From assembly GCA_951406725.2 (NCBI GenBank), contig OX597816.1:167214001-167278000 (forward strand): DNA of 64,000 nt. The letters are read 5' to 3'. The position numbers were made by a program, and so were the translations under genes. Below the pieces are notes generated by a model that saw only the letters and a program-made list of their open reading frames with translations, was not told the DNA's origin and searched no databases. Source of the stretch: Octopus vulgaris (Eukaryota). Shown here in pieces: positions 28,220 through 42,410 of this stretch. Numbering within the stretch: the stretch's first letter is position 1; each line of letters begins with the position of its first letter.

Positions 28220-29279
28220 CAGATGTATACATATATACATATGTATAGATATATACATACATACGTACACATATATACATACATATATAGACACACACAC
28301 ATACATATGTATACGCACACATATACATACGTATACGCACACATATACATACGTATACAGATATATATATATATATACACACACATACATACGTATACAG
28401 ATATATACACAGTATACAGATATATACATACATATATACACAGTATACAGATATATACATACATATATACACAGTATACAGATATATACATACATATATA
28501 CACATGTATATAGATATATACATACATATATACACATGTATACAGATATATACATACATATATACACATGTATACAGATATATACATACATATATACACA
28601 TGTATACAGATATATACATACATATATACACATGTATACAGATATATACATACATATATACACATGTATACAGATATATACATACATATATACACATGTA
28701 TACAGATATATACATACATATATACACATGTATACAGATATATACATACATATATACACATGTATACAGATATATATATACATATATACACATGTATATA
28801 GATATATACATACACATATACACATGTATACAGATATATACATACATATATACACATGTATACAGATATATACATACATATATACACATGTATACAGATA
28901 TATATATACATATATACACATGTATATAGATATATACATACACACGTATACAGATATATACATATATACACATATGTATGTATGTATATATCTGTATACG
29001 TATGTATATATTTATATACATGCATACGTATACAGATATATACATACATATACATATACAGATATATACATACACACGTATACAGATATATACATACATA
29101 CATATACAGATATATACATACATACGTATACAGATATATACATACATACATACACAGATATATACATACATACGTATACAGATATATACATACATACATA
29201 CATATACAGATATATACATACATACATACATATACAGATATATACATACATACATATACATACATACATACATACATAC

Positions 29280-29310
<31 letters not shown>

Positions 29311-29311
29311 A
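28138..29311. repeat. AT/AC-derived minisatellite with 32-bp core unit TACACATGTATACAGATATATACATACATATA and 24-28 bp variants
   Basis: Near-perfect 32-bp periodicity at about 28499-28930. Confidence 0.93.
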
Positions 29312-29562
29312 GTAGCAGGTTGAAAAGGGACACATGAGTTGATATATATGGAAAAAAAAGTCAAGGTAGAAAATGCTAAAACAATTTTATGCAACACATT
29401 TCAGTACCGGTATCAGTCATTGAGACTTTTTCAACTATAAGTATGGAAAACAATTAAATTTAGGGAAAATTAAAAGAAAAGATTTTTTAAAGAATATTTG
29501 CATCATATTCAAATACAAGGGGCATTGTCCTTCTTTCTACCTGTCTCTGTCTCTCTTGTGGG

Positions 29563-30013
29563 ACACACATACATTCACACATATACACGCATACATACAA
29601 CACGTACATACAACACGTACATACACACATACATACAACACATACACACACATACAACACGTATATACACACATACATATGCACATACATACACACATAT
29701 ACAACACATACACATATACAACACATATACAACACATACACATATACAACACATACACATACATACACACATATACAACACATACACATACATACACACG
29801 TACATATGCACATACATACAACACACACACATACACATGCACATACATACACACATACATATACAACACATACACACATACATATACAACACATACACAC
29901 ATACACACATATATACATACACATATACACACGTGCACACAAACATACACACACATACTTATACATACATACACACACACACACACATACTTATACATAC
30001 GTACACACACACA
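29563..30013. repeat. Degenerate (CA/TA)n compound microsatellite
   Basis: ACATACAACAC-type units. Confidence 0.88.
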
Positions 30014-30259
30014 ATATAATATATGTGCCCCTGACTACATTGATGCCTTTGTTACTTGAATACCTTGACTCTATTGGATCCTGAAAATTTTACACACGTA
30101 TACGCACACACACAAGCATGCACTTTATCCAGAGTAATTTCTATCATCCAATGGTTATAAAAACACATTTCACTTTCAATGGATGGAAATGAATCGGAGT
30201 GTTAGGAGAAGATAAGAATTAACACACAATGTTTATTGAATGTGGTATTGGGGAGATGA

Positions 30260-30464
30260 AGAGAGAGTGTGTGTGTGTGTGTGTGTGTGTGAGGGGGGAG
30301 CAAATAGGGGGAACAATGGGGAAGGGGGTAAAATTATATAGGGGAAAGAGAAAGTGAGAGAGAGAGAGAGAGAGAAAGAGTGTGTGTGTGTGTAAAAGTG
30401 ATAGATAGATGGATAGGAAGCAAGAGAGAGAGAAATACAGAGAGATATAGATGGTGGGAGAGAT

Positions 30465-30503
<39 letters not shown>

Positions 30504-30708
30504 AAAGAAAAGGGAGACAGTAAATATGTAAAAGGGAGATTTATCCTGAGATGAGGGAGAGAGAGGCACATAAAAGACAGAAAGTAAGAGAAAAGAGAGG
30601 TAGATAGACTGTAAGGAAAAGAGAGGGAGTAAATAAGAGAGACATACTCAGAGAAGGAGAGATAGAAAGACCATAAGAGAGACAAAAGGTAAGACAGAAA
30701 CAGTAAAT

Positions 30709-30745
<37 letters not shown>

Positions 30746-30850
30746 GAGAAAGAGATAGATATACTGTACATAACTGAGAGAGAGAGAGAGAGAGAGAAGA
30801 AAGAATAAGAAATGGATACAAAAATATTAAGAGAGAGACAGTCAAAGACA
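30260..30850. repeat. Polypurine (GA)n-rich tract
   Basis: Several (GA)n runs in strongly purine-skewed sequence. Confidence 0.85.
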
Positions 30851-30900
30851 GGAATCAGAAGTTTTTTCTGCTTAAAAGTTCCATTGAGAAATAAACTTAC

Positions 30901-31150
30901 CGAAGGTGTCCTGGAACACAACTTATTTTAACATGATCCGAGAACTGCAGACAGACAGACAGATACGCACACACTGTATACACACATACAGTATATAAAA
31001 ACAATCTGTGTGTATATATTATATATGACAGTATATGGTACAGAGCCACTCCACTAACACCACTCCTCCTCACTCCCTCCCTCACTCCACTCTCACACGT
31101 AGATACAGCGACAGAGTCACTCATGAGTGTAAATTCATGACAGTACTTAG
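30901..31150 (-). other. Candidate alternative non-coding first exon / internal promoter region (5' boundary unknown)
   Basis: Island of non-TE sequence ending in a consensus donor CG|GTAAGT, between triplet-repeat and (CT)n tracts. Confidence 0.4.
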
Positions 31151-31179
31151 GTGCTAGTAGCAGCAGGTTTTAAAAAATT

Positions 31180-31302
31180 GTAGTGGTAGTAGTAGCAGCA
31201 GTGGTGGTGGTGGTGGTAGAGGTGGTAGTAGTAGTAATAGTAGTATTAGTAGAGGTGACAGTAGTGGTGGTGGTTATAGCAACAGTAACAATAGTAGTCA
31301 TC

Positions 31303-31341
<39 letters not shown>

Positions 31342-31405
31342 GGTGGTGGTGGTGGTGGTGGTAGTAGTAGTAACAATACTAGTAGTGGTTGTGGTAATAG
31401 TAATA
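31180..31405. repeat. (GTA)n/(GTG)n trinucleotide tract
   Basis: Visible triplet runs. Confidence 0.9.
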
Positions 31406-32043
31406 ACTAAACCATTAGTTCTTAACCAGTCCCCACCAGACAGAAGAAAAATCCCCCACCCCACCCCAGTAAAATGGTATAAAAGTTTTCTTGTTGACAC
31501 CAATTCCATTTACTCTGGCAGCTGCTAATGCCACTGAGAAAGGCATGAACATCACACAGTCTTGTTTTTTTCTTTCCTATACAGAAGTGAATTGCCAAGA
31601 GTCATGAGAATGTTGGTATTTGTTACGAAAGTGTGTGCTCCGAGTTCAATCCATACTGTCAACTTTACTTTCCATCCTCTCAGGGTTGAAAGACAAAGAA
31701 CCAACACAGGGAAGTGGATTATTGGAACAGTAAGAACATCAAACCTGAGACCTGTAGTATTTGTTCTGGCCCTGTGTTCTGAGTTCAAATCCTGTTATAG
31801 CCTACTTCAGCAGAAGGCTTCATCCATCTCCCAGTTTAACACCATCACCTGCCACCCTGAGTACAGTTGGTGGACAGTGAGGTCATGTCTCCAGTTTGAG
31901 ATCTTCTCACCCTCCCTGTCACTTTCATGAGTCTCAGACACCCTCTGAAAGGTCAAAGGCATTGCTGTCCAACTTTACACACGGTGGAAACCCCACCTTC
32001 CACAATTTTTGTTCTTAGTTAAATTACATCGGGTTATGCAAAA

Positions 32044-32430
32044 GTGATTTCAAAAGATGTCACACTAACCACTCATCTTCTTTTGCAGCACATCAACAAA
32101 TGTAAAGCCATAAAGACCAAATCCGCACCACATACAAATGAATGGAGAATCATAGAGAAATCCAAGACATATGTTAATGGATCTAAGAAATGCAAATTAT
32201 GTGTAACTGAAAGATTGCATATTCTTTTTAGATCTAAGAATTCCACCATGCTACTGAATTCCGGACCTGAAATTTTCAGCAAATGCAAACATATGGACAA
32301 ATTTCTTTTGGCAAACTGGAGGACATCACCATCTCTAGATAGAGCAGCTGTCTTGCAGACTTTGGACCACTCTCCTTTTAATTATTCTACAACTAGCTTA
32401 ATTATGGCTTTACGGCCAAAGGGGATATAA
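32044..32430 (+). mobile_element. Penelope-like element remnant (C-terminal part of GIY-YIG endonuclease region)
   Basis: WRIIEKSKTY.NGSKKCKLCVTERLHI...LLNS..EIFSKCKH..KFLL matches the CxLC..E / LLN / CxH pattern at PLE ORF ends. Confidence 0.75.
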
Positions 32431-35400
32431 CTAATTTTCTGTCTTTTCTTTTCCACATTAACACTTTTTGCATCTACCATCTCATTTTTTCTTGTAATTT
32501 CTGTTGTTGTATTAGCATTCTGTTTTGCAAACTGAATACATCACGTGTCCAGAGCATGAGATTGCTTGGAGATACAGGGCATGCTATAAAAACATGCCAA
32601 GACCCACATCTTCAAAGTAAGAAACTATTAGAAGCTTGTATCTTTATACTTTGTACATTAAATGATATTACACACACACACACACACATCTTGACATCAT
32701 GAATAGTTGTAAATGAATGTAATTGACATGCTAGCAGTGTCCTTTGTTTCCAAGCTTCTATCAAAAAAGATGTCTCGTCATGGAGAAACATTATTTTACT
32801 TAGAAACAGGTGAGGGTTGGCATCAAGGAGGGCATCCAGCTACAGAAAACAGGCCTCATATAAACCCCATCTGACCCATGAAAGCATGGGAAATGGATGG
32901 TAAAACGAAGGTGATGATGACATGTATATGTGTGTGTATTATATGTATTATAAACACACACATAACTAGCTTCTTGTTTCTGTCTACCAAATCCACTGAC
33001 AAGGCTTCAGTCAGTCCAAATACCACGCAGTGGGATTGAACTTAGAACAATGCGGTTCGGAAGCAAACTTCTTACCACACAACCACACCTGCACATGTAT
33101 GTATATATTACAAACACACTGACAATTCCCCCCTAATTCCAGCCATGATCCAAAGAATAATAAAAGAGTGGTTGGATGTTAAAAAAAATTGGAGGGAGAA
33201 AATAGCTGAGGTGAGAGGGAGGGCAAAGAGAGTTGAGAGAATAAACTTAAGGGGAAACCAAAGTAGGGGACTGATAGAGAAATGAGAGCAGTACAGGAGG
33301 AGTTGTGGGCAAGCCTTAATAGTGGAAACATGAAAAATAGCAAAGAGAAGCATAAGTGAAAGTTATACAAAGAGATAAAGGAAGTGAAAGGTAAAGGAAG
33401 AGGTGTGGGAGGAAGGTATTTGTGAATGGGAGTGGGGGAGTTTTTGAAAGCCATGGAGGGGAGGGAAAGCATTACCAGGAAGAAGGGAGAAAGGTGTGTT
33501 TATATATATATATAATAAGAGATATATATATAAATAAATACACATATGCACACACGCAAATGATGGTAAGAGAGGATTGACAGTAGCGCAAACAAGATTA
33601 AGATATTTCCGACTTCCACACCTTTAAAAAGGTGTTCTTTTATGACTACTTGCCTGATATTTCCATCACAAACGCAGGCAGCTGGCAGAAACGTAATAAG
33701 CACGCCAGGTGAAATGCGTAGCCGTATTTCGTCTGCCGTTACGTTATGGGTTCAAATTCCGCCGAGGTCGACTTAATCTGTTTGTCTGTCTTTGTTTGTC
33801 CCCTCTGTGTTTAGAAATATATTAAAAAGTCATGTAGAAGGAACCATTACAGTTGGAGAATGGTGAATCTGAACAGAATTCAGTCCTTAACAGACAAGGG
33901 CTACTTTATGGGTTTGATCGTTTTGTTACCACAGTTCTAGTGAAATCCACTGTTTTTGTATCAATTAATTTGGTAATCCACTCAAAGCTTTCATTGTCCC
34001 AAGGCTATAGTAGAAGACACTTGTCCAAGGTGCCATGCAGTGGGACTGAACAGAGAACCATGTGGTTGGGTAGCAAACTTTTTACCACACAGGCAAGCCT
34101 GAAGTTTTTAACTGAGTGCACTTTAAAACAAGAAGTTTGTATCATAGAAACAAGAGTGGTTGTGGGTGAGTTGGTCTCAAGAGGGTTGCTACAACCTGTA
34201 GTAAACTATTAATCATCACACACACACACACACACAGAGCTTGTAACCTTAATAATAATAATCCTTTCTACTAAGGGGGCACAAGGCCTGAAATTTGCAG
34301 GGCTAGTCGATTACATTGACCCCAGTGTTTCATTGGTACTCACTTTATTGACCTTGAAAAATGAAAGGCAAAGTCAACTCAGCAGAAATTGAACTCAGAA
34401 TGTAGTGACAGGTGAAACGCTGCAAAGCATTTTGCCTGCTGTGCTAATGATTCTGCCAGCTCACCAACAATTCTAATTTTGGCACAAGGCCAGCAATTTC
34501 AAGGGAAGGCGAAAGTGGATTAAATTGGCCCCAGTACTTGACTGGTATTGTATTTCATTATAAAGAAAGCATGAAGGGCAAAGTTGACTGTGGTGGAATT
34601 TTAACTCCAAATGTAAAGAACTGGGAGCTGGAAGAAATGGTACAAGGCATCTTTTTTTTTTTTTTTTTGCTGTGCTGAAATGATTCTACCAGCATGTGGA
34701 TTTCACAAGCAAGGGTTAAGAAAAGTCTTTGACAATGGCCACCACCAACAAATTTAGGTACTTTTGAGCTGGACATTATTAATTTTGTAAAATTTATTTG
34801 CCAACAGAATGCGACAGTCCTACACAGGACAATGTTACTGCTGTTTAGCTACAGGAAAACATCTTTTCCAGCTGGTTACTGTCACAGTTTGTGTCCTTAT
34901 AGCATGAGCAAGGGAGTTTATTGCTCCCATCTCTAGCCATCATGATACTCATAGGCCTAGGTTTCTGCAAACCCTAAAGTTATAAGAGAATTACTAGCAT
35001 CCTATCCTGAGGGAGACTCGGCTCCCTTTATCGGTTTAGTACTACACACTCAAACACTGGCTGTTGGGACTGTTGCTGTGAAAGGATTAATTTCTATTTT
35101 TACTTCCCATCAATAACAGAACTGACACCAACCTTGGATACAGAGGGGGTGGAGAGGAGGGACTATAAATAACCCCAAAGAATGCTTTATTTATTCAAGG
35201 GTATTAACTTTCTGTAATCTCAATGTTAATCTAGTCTAACCCAGAAGAATTTGAAGAGACCCTGTCAAATAAATCTACATAAATAGCCATAGGGTTGCAG
35301 TGGGGGAGGGAAATAAAACTGAAATTAAATCATTGCAACCATAGAATCAGATGGGGGTGGGGTGTCTTATCGGTGGAGCATCTTAGTTATGGGATAGTGG

Positions 35401-35697
35401 AACACTGAAAGAGGGACAAAAATATGACAGAGTAGTGAAGGTTGGGGAGGAATAATAATGATGATGGTGGGGGAGGAATAATGATGATGATAACAGTAGT
35501 ACCATTTACTATAGCTTATGTTGAATGCTCCTTTATTATCTCCACCTCTTCCCCCTACCCCCTCTCTCTCTCTGAAAATTAAGTAAATAGTGCAATCAGG
35601 TTTCAAGTTCTCAACCAGGTTTGTGGGTCACCCACCTAAATACTTTCATTATGTATTGACCATCCCACCGTTTGTTGTTGAATTATCATTATTATTA

Positions 35698-36612
35698 AGG
35701 CAGTGAGCTGGCATGCCAGACAAAATGCTTAGTAGGAGTTTGTCTTTACATTCTAAGTTCAAATTCAGCCAAGGTAGACTTTACCTTTCATCCTTTTGGG
35801 GTTGATAAAATAAGAACCAGTTGAACACTGGGGTTATTGTAATCAACTTACCTCCGACCTCAAAATTGTTGACCTTGTGCCAAAATGTGAAATTATTATT
35901 ATTACTATTATTATTATTATTATTAAGGTGGTAGGCTAGCTGAACTGTTAGCTGGCCAGGTGAAATGCTTAGCGGTATTACGTCTACCGTTAGGTTCTGA
36001 GTTCAAATTTTGCTGTGGTCGACTTTGCCTTTTATCCTTTTGGGGTCGATAAAATTAGTACCAGTTACGCACTTGGATTGAGGTAATCAACCTAATCCCT
36101 TCCTCAAAATTTGAGGCCTTGTGTTTCCAGTAGAAAGGATTATTATTATTATGGCGAGCTGGCAGAATCATTAGCACACTGGACAAAATACTTAGTGGTA
36201 CTTCAGTCGTCGCTACATACTGAGTTCAAATTCTGCTGTGGTCGACTTCGCCTTTCATCCTTTTGGGGTCAATAAAATTAGTACCAGTTACGCACTGGGA
36301 TTGAGGTAATCAAGCTAATCCCTTCCTCCAAATCTGAGTCCTTGTGCTTCCAGTAGAAAGGATTATTATTATTATTATTATTGTTATTATTATTATTATG
36401 GCAAGCTGGCAGAATCATTAGCACGCTGGACAAAATACTTAGTAGTATTTCAGTCGTTGCTACATTCTGAGTTCAAATTCTGCTGTGGTCAACTTCGTCT
36501 TTCATCCTTTTGGGATCAATTAAATAAGTACCAGTGGAATACTGGGGGTCGATGTAACTGACTAGTCCCCTCCCCACAAATTTCAGGCCTTGTGCCTATA
36601 GTTGAAAGGACT
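35698..36612 (+). mobile_element. Head-to-tail array of four family A SINEs separated by (ATT)n
   Basis: Four repeats of the head / GTTCAAATT / CCTTTYATCCTTT core, starting near 35698, 35927, 36153 and 36399. Confidence 0.82.
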
Positions 36613-38206
36613 ACTATTATAATTATATTGAGCTTTCAATCCAGCTCCCTGATACTCTTTAACCAGGTCATTTATAGTACATACCAGTTCCCATCTCAAC
36701 CTCCACCACAGGACTAAAGCAAGAACAGATTCGTCCAGTAGGTTTCTCTTTGACAAATACCTAACTAACAGGAGTCTATTATTTAGAAGTGAATACAAAT
36801 GAATTTCCCATTTGGCCCATGTAAGCACACAAACATGGACCTGACAACAGTGTTGACAACGATGCTGATGATGATGATGAGTAAGTGTGTGAATGTAATA
36901 GACAAGTAAATACTAGAATAAAGCCAAGTGCAAATTTGTGACTTCATGGTTGAAAGGTTTCACTTTCTTTCGTTAGTCTGGATTTAATTAGCTAAGAATC
37001 TACATACAAACTGCAAAGTGACTCAGATGTTGTTTCCTGCTTGTTGTCAGCAGTTGTTGCTGAGCAATTATTCCAGCCCCATCCCAGAGAAAGAAAGAAA
37101 CTGTATAAATCTTTTTGTTCTATTTCACATCTGGAATTCAGGTTATGAAAATAAATAAAGGTGTACACATACACACCAACACTAACTCACTCACATACAT
37201 ACATACAATAAAAAGACAGCAAAAAAGGCAGCAGATTGTTTGGATACTAAATTTCAAAACCTCATTGGAACCTAAACTCATGCTACAGTCAGAACTAATA
37301 ATCATTCCGCAATTTCAAACATTATTTATAAGCCAGGACCATTTTAAGCAGACATAAATTGGAATAAAGGATGATAATAAAAAAAGCGGCAACTAACAAA
37401 TATAGTTTGAGCTTGTCACACTTCGTACAGAAATAGTTGGACAGGGAGAACAATCTGGAACGTTGAATCATTTTCAGAAATGAGGTTTGCATGTGTGTGT
37501 GTTGGTGGTGGTAGGGCGGGGGGCAATTAAACAGAGGTGGAGAGGGGAGAAGAAAAATTTAAAGAATTTGGCACCTTGTGCTTTTGTAATTGCTTTATGC
37601 TTTGTAGAAAATTGAAGAATGACAAAATAAAAGCCCAGAAATGGGTACATACACGCATGTCCTGCAAGAAAATTTCAAACAATTTGTATTTTTTAACCCT
37701 TTCCACTCCTCCACAGCTGCAACCATTTCCTTTCAGCCCTTCCTTCCAAGATATAACCACACTCTACAACTAACACCACCAGGCAAGCCCTGTTCGTGCT
37801 TCCAAAAGGAAAAGAAAAATGTTAGGTGGGTGGGGGACTGAGTAAATTTAACTTTTCATGATGTAACATTATTAGTAACATTATTAAACTGAAGACCTCA
37901 CACAACCACAATCATAATTCTTCTGTGATTCATTCATACCTAATCTTAGGTTTACCATGTAAAAAAAATGGTCCTGACATCATAGCACTAGACTTATTTA
38001 ACCATTTAGCATTGAGATTACTGCCTAATATAATGCTTATTCAATCACATTGTTTTGAATTAATCATGCATTATTTTGTAGCTTCAAGATTTCAATGATG
38101 TGATTGTTTATTTTTAGGATGACATTGTAGGGAATGTGTGAGAGGCCTGATCTGGCCTGTTTAATCATAAAACAGGGAGAATATTTGGCCCAGATGTGTG
38201 TGTGAG

Positions 38207-38277
<71 letters not shown>

Positions 38278-38730
38278 TGTGTGTGTGTGTATACACTCAC
38301 ATTTATAGTCTCTGAAAATGGTGTGAATATTACACAATTCCATTCCTGTCTCATACAAATTCCAGGACTTCTGCTTAAATGAAAATTTATATTAGCACTT
38401 GTGTTCTTGTGCGTGCATGGGAAAACAAAAACCTGTCTGTATGGTCACCGAAGATTTATAAGTTAACAGAGATAATATCTTGAAGTAAAAAGTATGGGAA
38501 GGGTGTGTGTGGGATTGGAAGAATAAACAAACAGCCGCCTTTCTGTGCTGTTAAAAGCTGAAAAGAAAGAACAGACAACAGATATGTCTGTCTCTACACC
38601 ACCAACACCACCATTACTGCTGCTACCAAGATTTCATAAAACTTTTCTGATGTGAGTCACAGAGAACAGATAAAAATGTAACAGGAATCAACCAGCTAAC
38701 CAACTTCCCAAATGACAATAATATTAGCAA

Positions 38731-39150
38731 GGCGGTGAGCTGGCAGAAACGTTAGCAAGCCAGGCGAAATGCTTAGCAGTATTTCATCTGCCGTTACGTT
38801 CCGAGTTCAAATTTCACCAAGGTCGACTTTGCCTTTCATCCTTTCAGGGTCGATTAAATAAGTACCAGTTACGCACTGGGGTCGATATAATCGACTTAAT
38901 CCATTTGTCTGTCCTTGTTTGTCCTCTCTGTGTTTAGCCCCTTGTGGGTAGTAAAGAAATAGGTATTTAGTTTGCTGCTACATTCTGAGTTCAAATTCCG
39001 CCAAGGTCGACTTTGCCTTTCATCTTTTTGGGATCAATTAAATAAAGTACCAGTTGTGCACTGGGATTGATGTATTCGACTTGATCCTTTTGTCTGTCCT
39101 TGTTTGTCCTCTCTATGATTAGCCCCTTGTGGGCAATAAATAAATAAATA
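38731..39150 (+). mobile_element. SINE family A, full copy plus adjacent 5'-truncated copy
   Basis: Near identity with 44784-45013. Confidence 0.82.
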
Positions 39151-39240
39151 AAATAAACTGTCTTTTTGCAAAGTAAAGAGGACAAAAAGAAACCCAAAAA
39201 TGCAAAATGGCATTTACTTCTAAAGTAATTGCATTCTCTT

Positions 39241-39611
39241 GTTACTCATTTGACTGTGGCCATGCTGGAGCACTGCCTTTAGTCGAGCTAGTTGACCCCA
39301 GGACTTATTCTTTGTAAGCCTAGTATTTATTTTATCGAACCCTTTTGCTGAACCACTAAGTTACAGGGACGTAAACACACCGGCATTGGTTGTCAAGAAA
39401 TGTTGGGGGACAAACACAGATACACTAACATATACATACATATCTATATACGACAGGCTTCTTTCAGTTTCCTTCTACCAAATCCACTCACAAGGCTTTG
39501 GTCGGCATGAGGCTATAGTAGAAGACACTTGCCCAAGGTGCCACGTAGTGGGACTGAACTCGGAACCATGTGGTTGGTAAGCAAGCTATTTACCACACAG
39601 CCACTCCTGCG
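39241..39611 (-). mobile_element. tRNA-derived SINE family B (CORE-like domain)
   Basis: Minus strand GCAGGAGTGGCTGTGTGGTAA...GAGTTCAGTCCC...CCTTGGGCAAGTGTCTT...GAAACTGAAAGAAGCC; many copies. Confidence 0.82.
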
Positions 39612-40302
39612 TCATTGGTATTCCTGATCTTACTAATACAGGGATAAATCTTGCTGGCAAGGGAGAGGAAGAAAGGAATTTTTGGATGGATCCAGTACAA
39701 ATATATGCAATATTTATTTGTTAACCCAGACAGTAAGAAAATGGTAAATATAGAGACTGGACTCACTGATTATGTCAAGGAGAGGAAGAAAACCTTGTCA
39801 AGTGGAGGGTGAGAAATGACAGAAAAAGGAAATAGATGATGATGAAATGGTTATTAGTGAGGTTAATAATGGCATTTCTCTAACCAATTCCATTCTGCCA
39901 ATGACATAAAATGGAGGCTTAATAAACCACTTCATAACTAAGTACACCATTAGTATTGCTAATTTACCAATGTCACTTCACTGGCATCTTACCAACGTTG
40001 CTTCACTGGCACCTATGCTGGTGGCACGTGTAAAAAGATTCGAGCGAGGTCGTTGCCAGTGCAGCCTGACTGGCCCCCGTGCCGGTGGCACGTAAAAAGC
40101 ACCCACTACACTCTCAGAGTGGTTGGCGTTAGGAAGGGCATCCAGCTGTAGAAACTCTGCCAGATCAAGATTGGAGCCTGGTGCGGCCGTCTGGCTCACC
40201 AACCCTCAGTCAAAATCGTCCAACCCATGCTAGCATGGAAAGCGGACATTAAATGATGATGATGATGACTGTATTAAAAAGAAGAAAACTGATTAATTGT
40301 AA

Positions 40303-40831
40303 CCCTTTTAATACCAACCAGCCTGAAATTGCTCCTGGTTCTTTGATACTACCTTTGTTTTAACCCTTTAGCGTTCAGATTCTTCTGTTAAATGCGATGC
40401 TTACTTATTCCCATTGTCTTGAATTAATCATGCATTGTCTTGTTGCTTTGAGATTTCAACGATATGATTATTTTTAGAATGACATTGTAAGGTAGGTGTG
40501 AGAGGCTAGATCTGGTCAGTTTGAACATAAGGCAGGGAGAATATTTGGGCTAAATATGGCCAGTTTTAATGCTAAAAAGTTAAGTGAGATCAGAACTAAA
40601 ATCTTCCATCAAAATGATAAAATCATTTTACTAAATTCACTATTTTCAAAATCGGTCAAAGCAAAAACAGTAACAAAAGTTTAAAGAGATTTTAGAACTT
40701 TCCATCAAAATTTCCTGTTAATCTGTTCCAAACACCAGTATGACAAAAATACTTTACAAAATTCTTCATTAATTTCAAAATATATTGAAATGAAGGCAGC
40801 AAATTTCTTGAGAAATATGATAATGAAAGGA
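40303..40831. mobile_element. Nested piggyBac-like MITEs (inner element about 40364-40579)
   Basis: The outer element is a reverse copy of the 62129 family. The inner TTAA|CCCTTTAGC...GCTAAAAAG|TTAA family recurs near 15659, 37999 and 56250. Confidence 0.65.
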
Positions 40832-42410
40832 TTAAGTTTTTCCAAATTGGTCAGTTTAATTTTATGTATAAGAGTGGTGAACAAAAATTTTAAATTATAA
40901 ATAGCAAGAATTTGTTCCTGTGGTTTTTGAGAGTTGAGTGGCAAGAAGTAGAACTATAACTTATGTTGAAGAACAAACCCACTTCTAGAAATAAATTTAG
41001 TCATATGAAAAGAGGTGCTTATGTTTAAACGAATGACACAGAGTACCACAATTTTAATAATCTATTAATTGCCTATAAAACATTTGTATTTTTCAGAATA
41101 TGACACATTAATACAACACAGACAAACTCATGGATATTAACAGCACAAAAAAATTATTTTCTATGTTAGCATAAGTTACATCAGTGGTCCTCAACCATTT
41201 TGGAGGTTTAAGGCACAATTAGAATTAAAATCTTCCATTAAAATTCCATGTTAATTTATGTTTCAAACATCAGCGTCATAATGAAAAAGGTTTTTTTTAC
41301 TAAATTGTTCATTATTTTCAAAATAAATTGAAATATGAAACAAGCCTGACTCAATGTGGAGCCTGTGTTGCCATATTGTTACAAGACAACACAGCTGTAT
41401 AAAATGGGTTGGTTTCAATGAATGTATTTTTAACTGTTAGCATTTACAATAGATATTAATGCTAAGTCAATATGTTGTGCCTGAGTGGATTTGCCTCCTC
41501 ATCATATGGTTATAGGTTCAATTCCAATGCATGGCACCTTGGACAGGTGTTGTCTACTATAGCCCTAGGCCAATCAAAACCTTGCAAGGCTTTGTCTACC
41601 CATCAATGATGAGAAACAAGTAACTAAGTACTGGAAATCAGAACCTTTCTGTTATAATGTGTTAAAGAATAATTTGCATGTTTATTGAGGCCTCTAATTT
41701 ATCATCATTGTTGTCGTTGTTTAACGTTCACTTTCTATGCTGGCATGGGTTGGATGGTTTGACTGAAGGCTGGCAAGCCAGATGGCTGCATCAGGCTCCA
41801 ATCCAATCTGACAAAATTTCTACAGCTGGATGCCCTTCCTAATGCCAACCACTCCGAGAGTGTAGTGGGTGCTTTTTATGTGCCACTAGCATGAGGGCCA
41901 GTTAGGTAGTACTGGCATTGACCATGATTGAACGGTGCTTTTTACATGCCTCTGGCACAGGAGCCAGTAAGGCAGCACTACACAACACATATGTATGTGT
42001 ACAGATGTCTCCTTGTTGTCACATGTGATAGTTGTAAAGGAGTGTCACTGTCATACAAGAAGTGTCCTCCATTTCTAATATTCTGTGGAAACATGCCTGA
42101 CCATGAGGAAATATTACCTCGTTTAGAAACAGATGAGGGTTGGTGACAGGAAGGGCATCTTGCCATAGAAAATCTGCCTCAAATAAACTGTCACACCCAT
42201 AGAAAAGTGGATGTTAAAACGATGATGATGATGTCAATGGAAGGAAATCTAATTTAAATTTCGATCAATAGTTATCAAACAAAACAGCAAATGTTTTACT
42301 GATTAACCAGAAGAATCTGATAAGATTTCTTCATATTAACGTAGACATGACCTGGGTTAATCTTTGGCCACAACACATCTAACTTAATAGCATCATCTGA
42401 TAGGATCTCT

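Noticed and set aside
28085-30084. Long ORFs (up to 429 aa) rich in Y/I/C/V/M/H/T
   Set aside because: Translations of AT/AC satellites that lack stop codons in several frames; no splice or homology support.
31170-31528. Poly-Thr/Val/Ser/Gly ORFs resembling mucin
   Set aside because: Trinucleotide microsatellite; no splice context.
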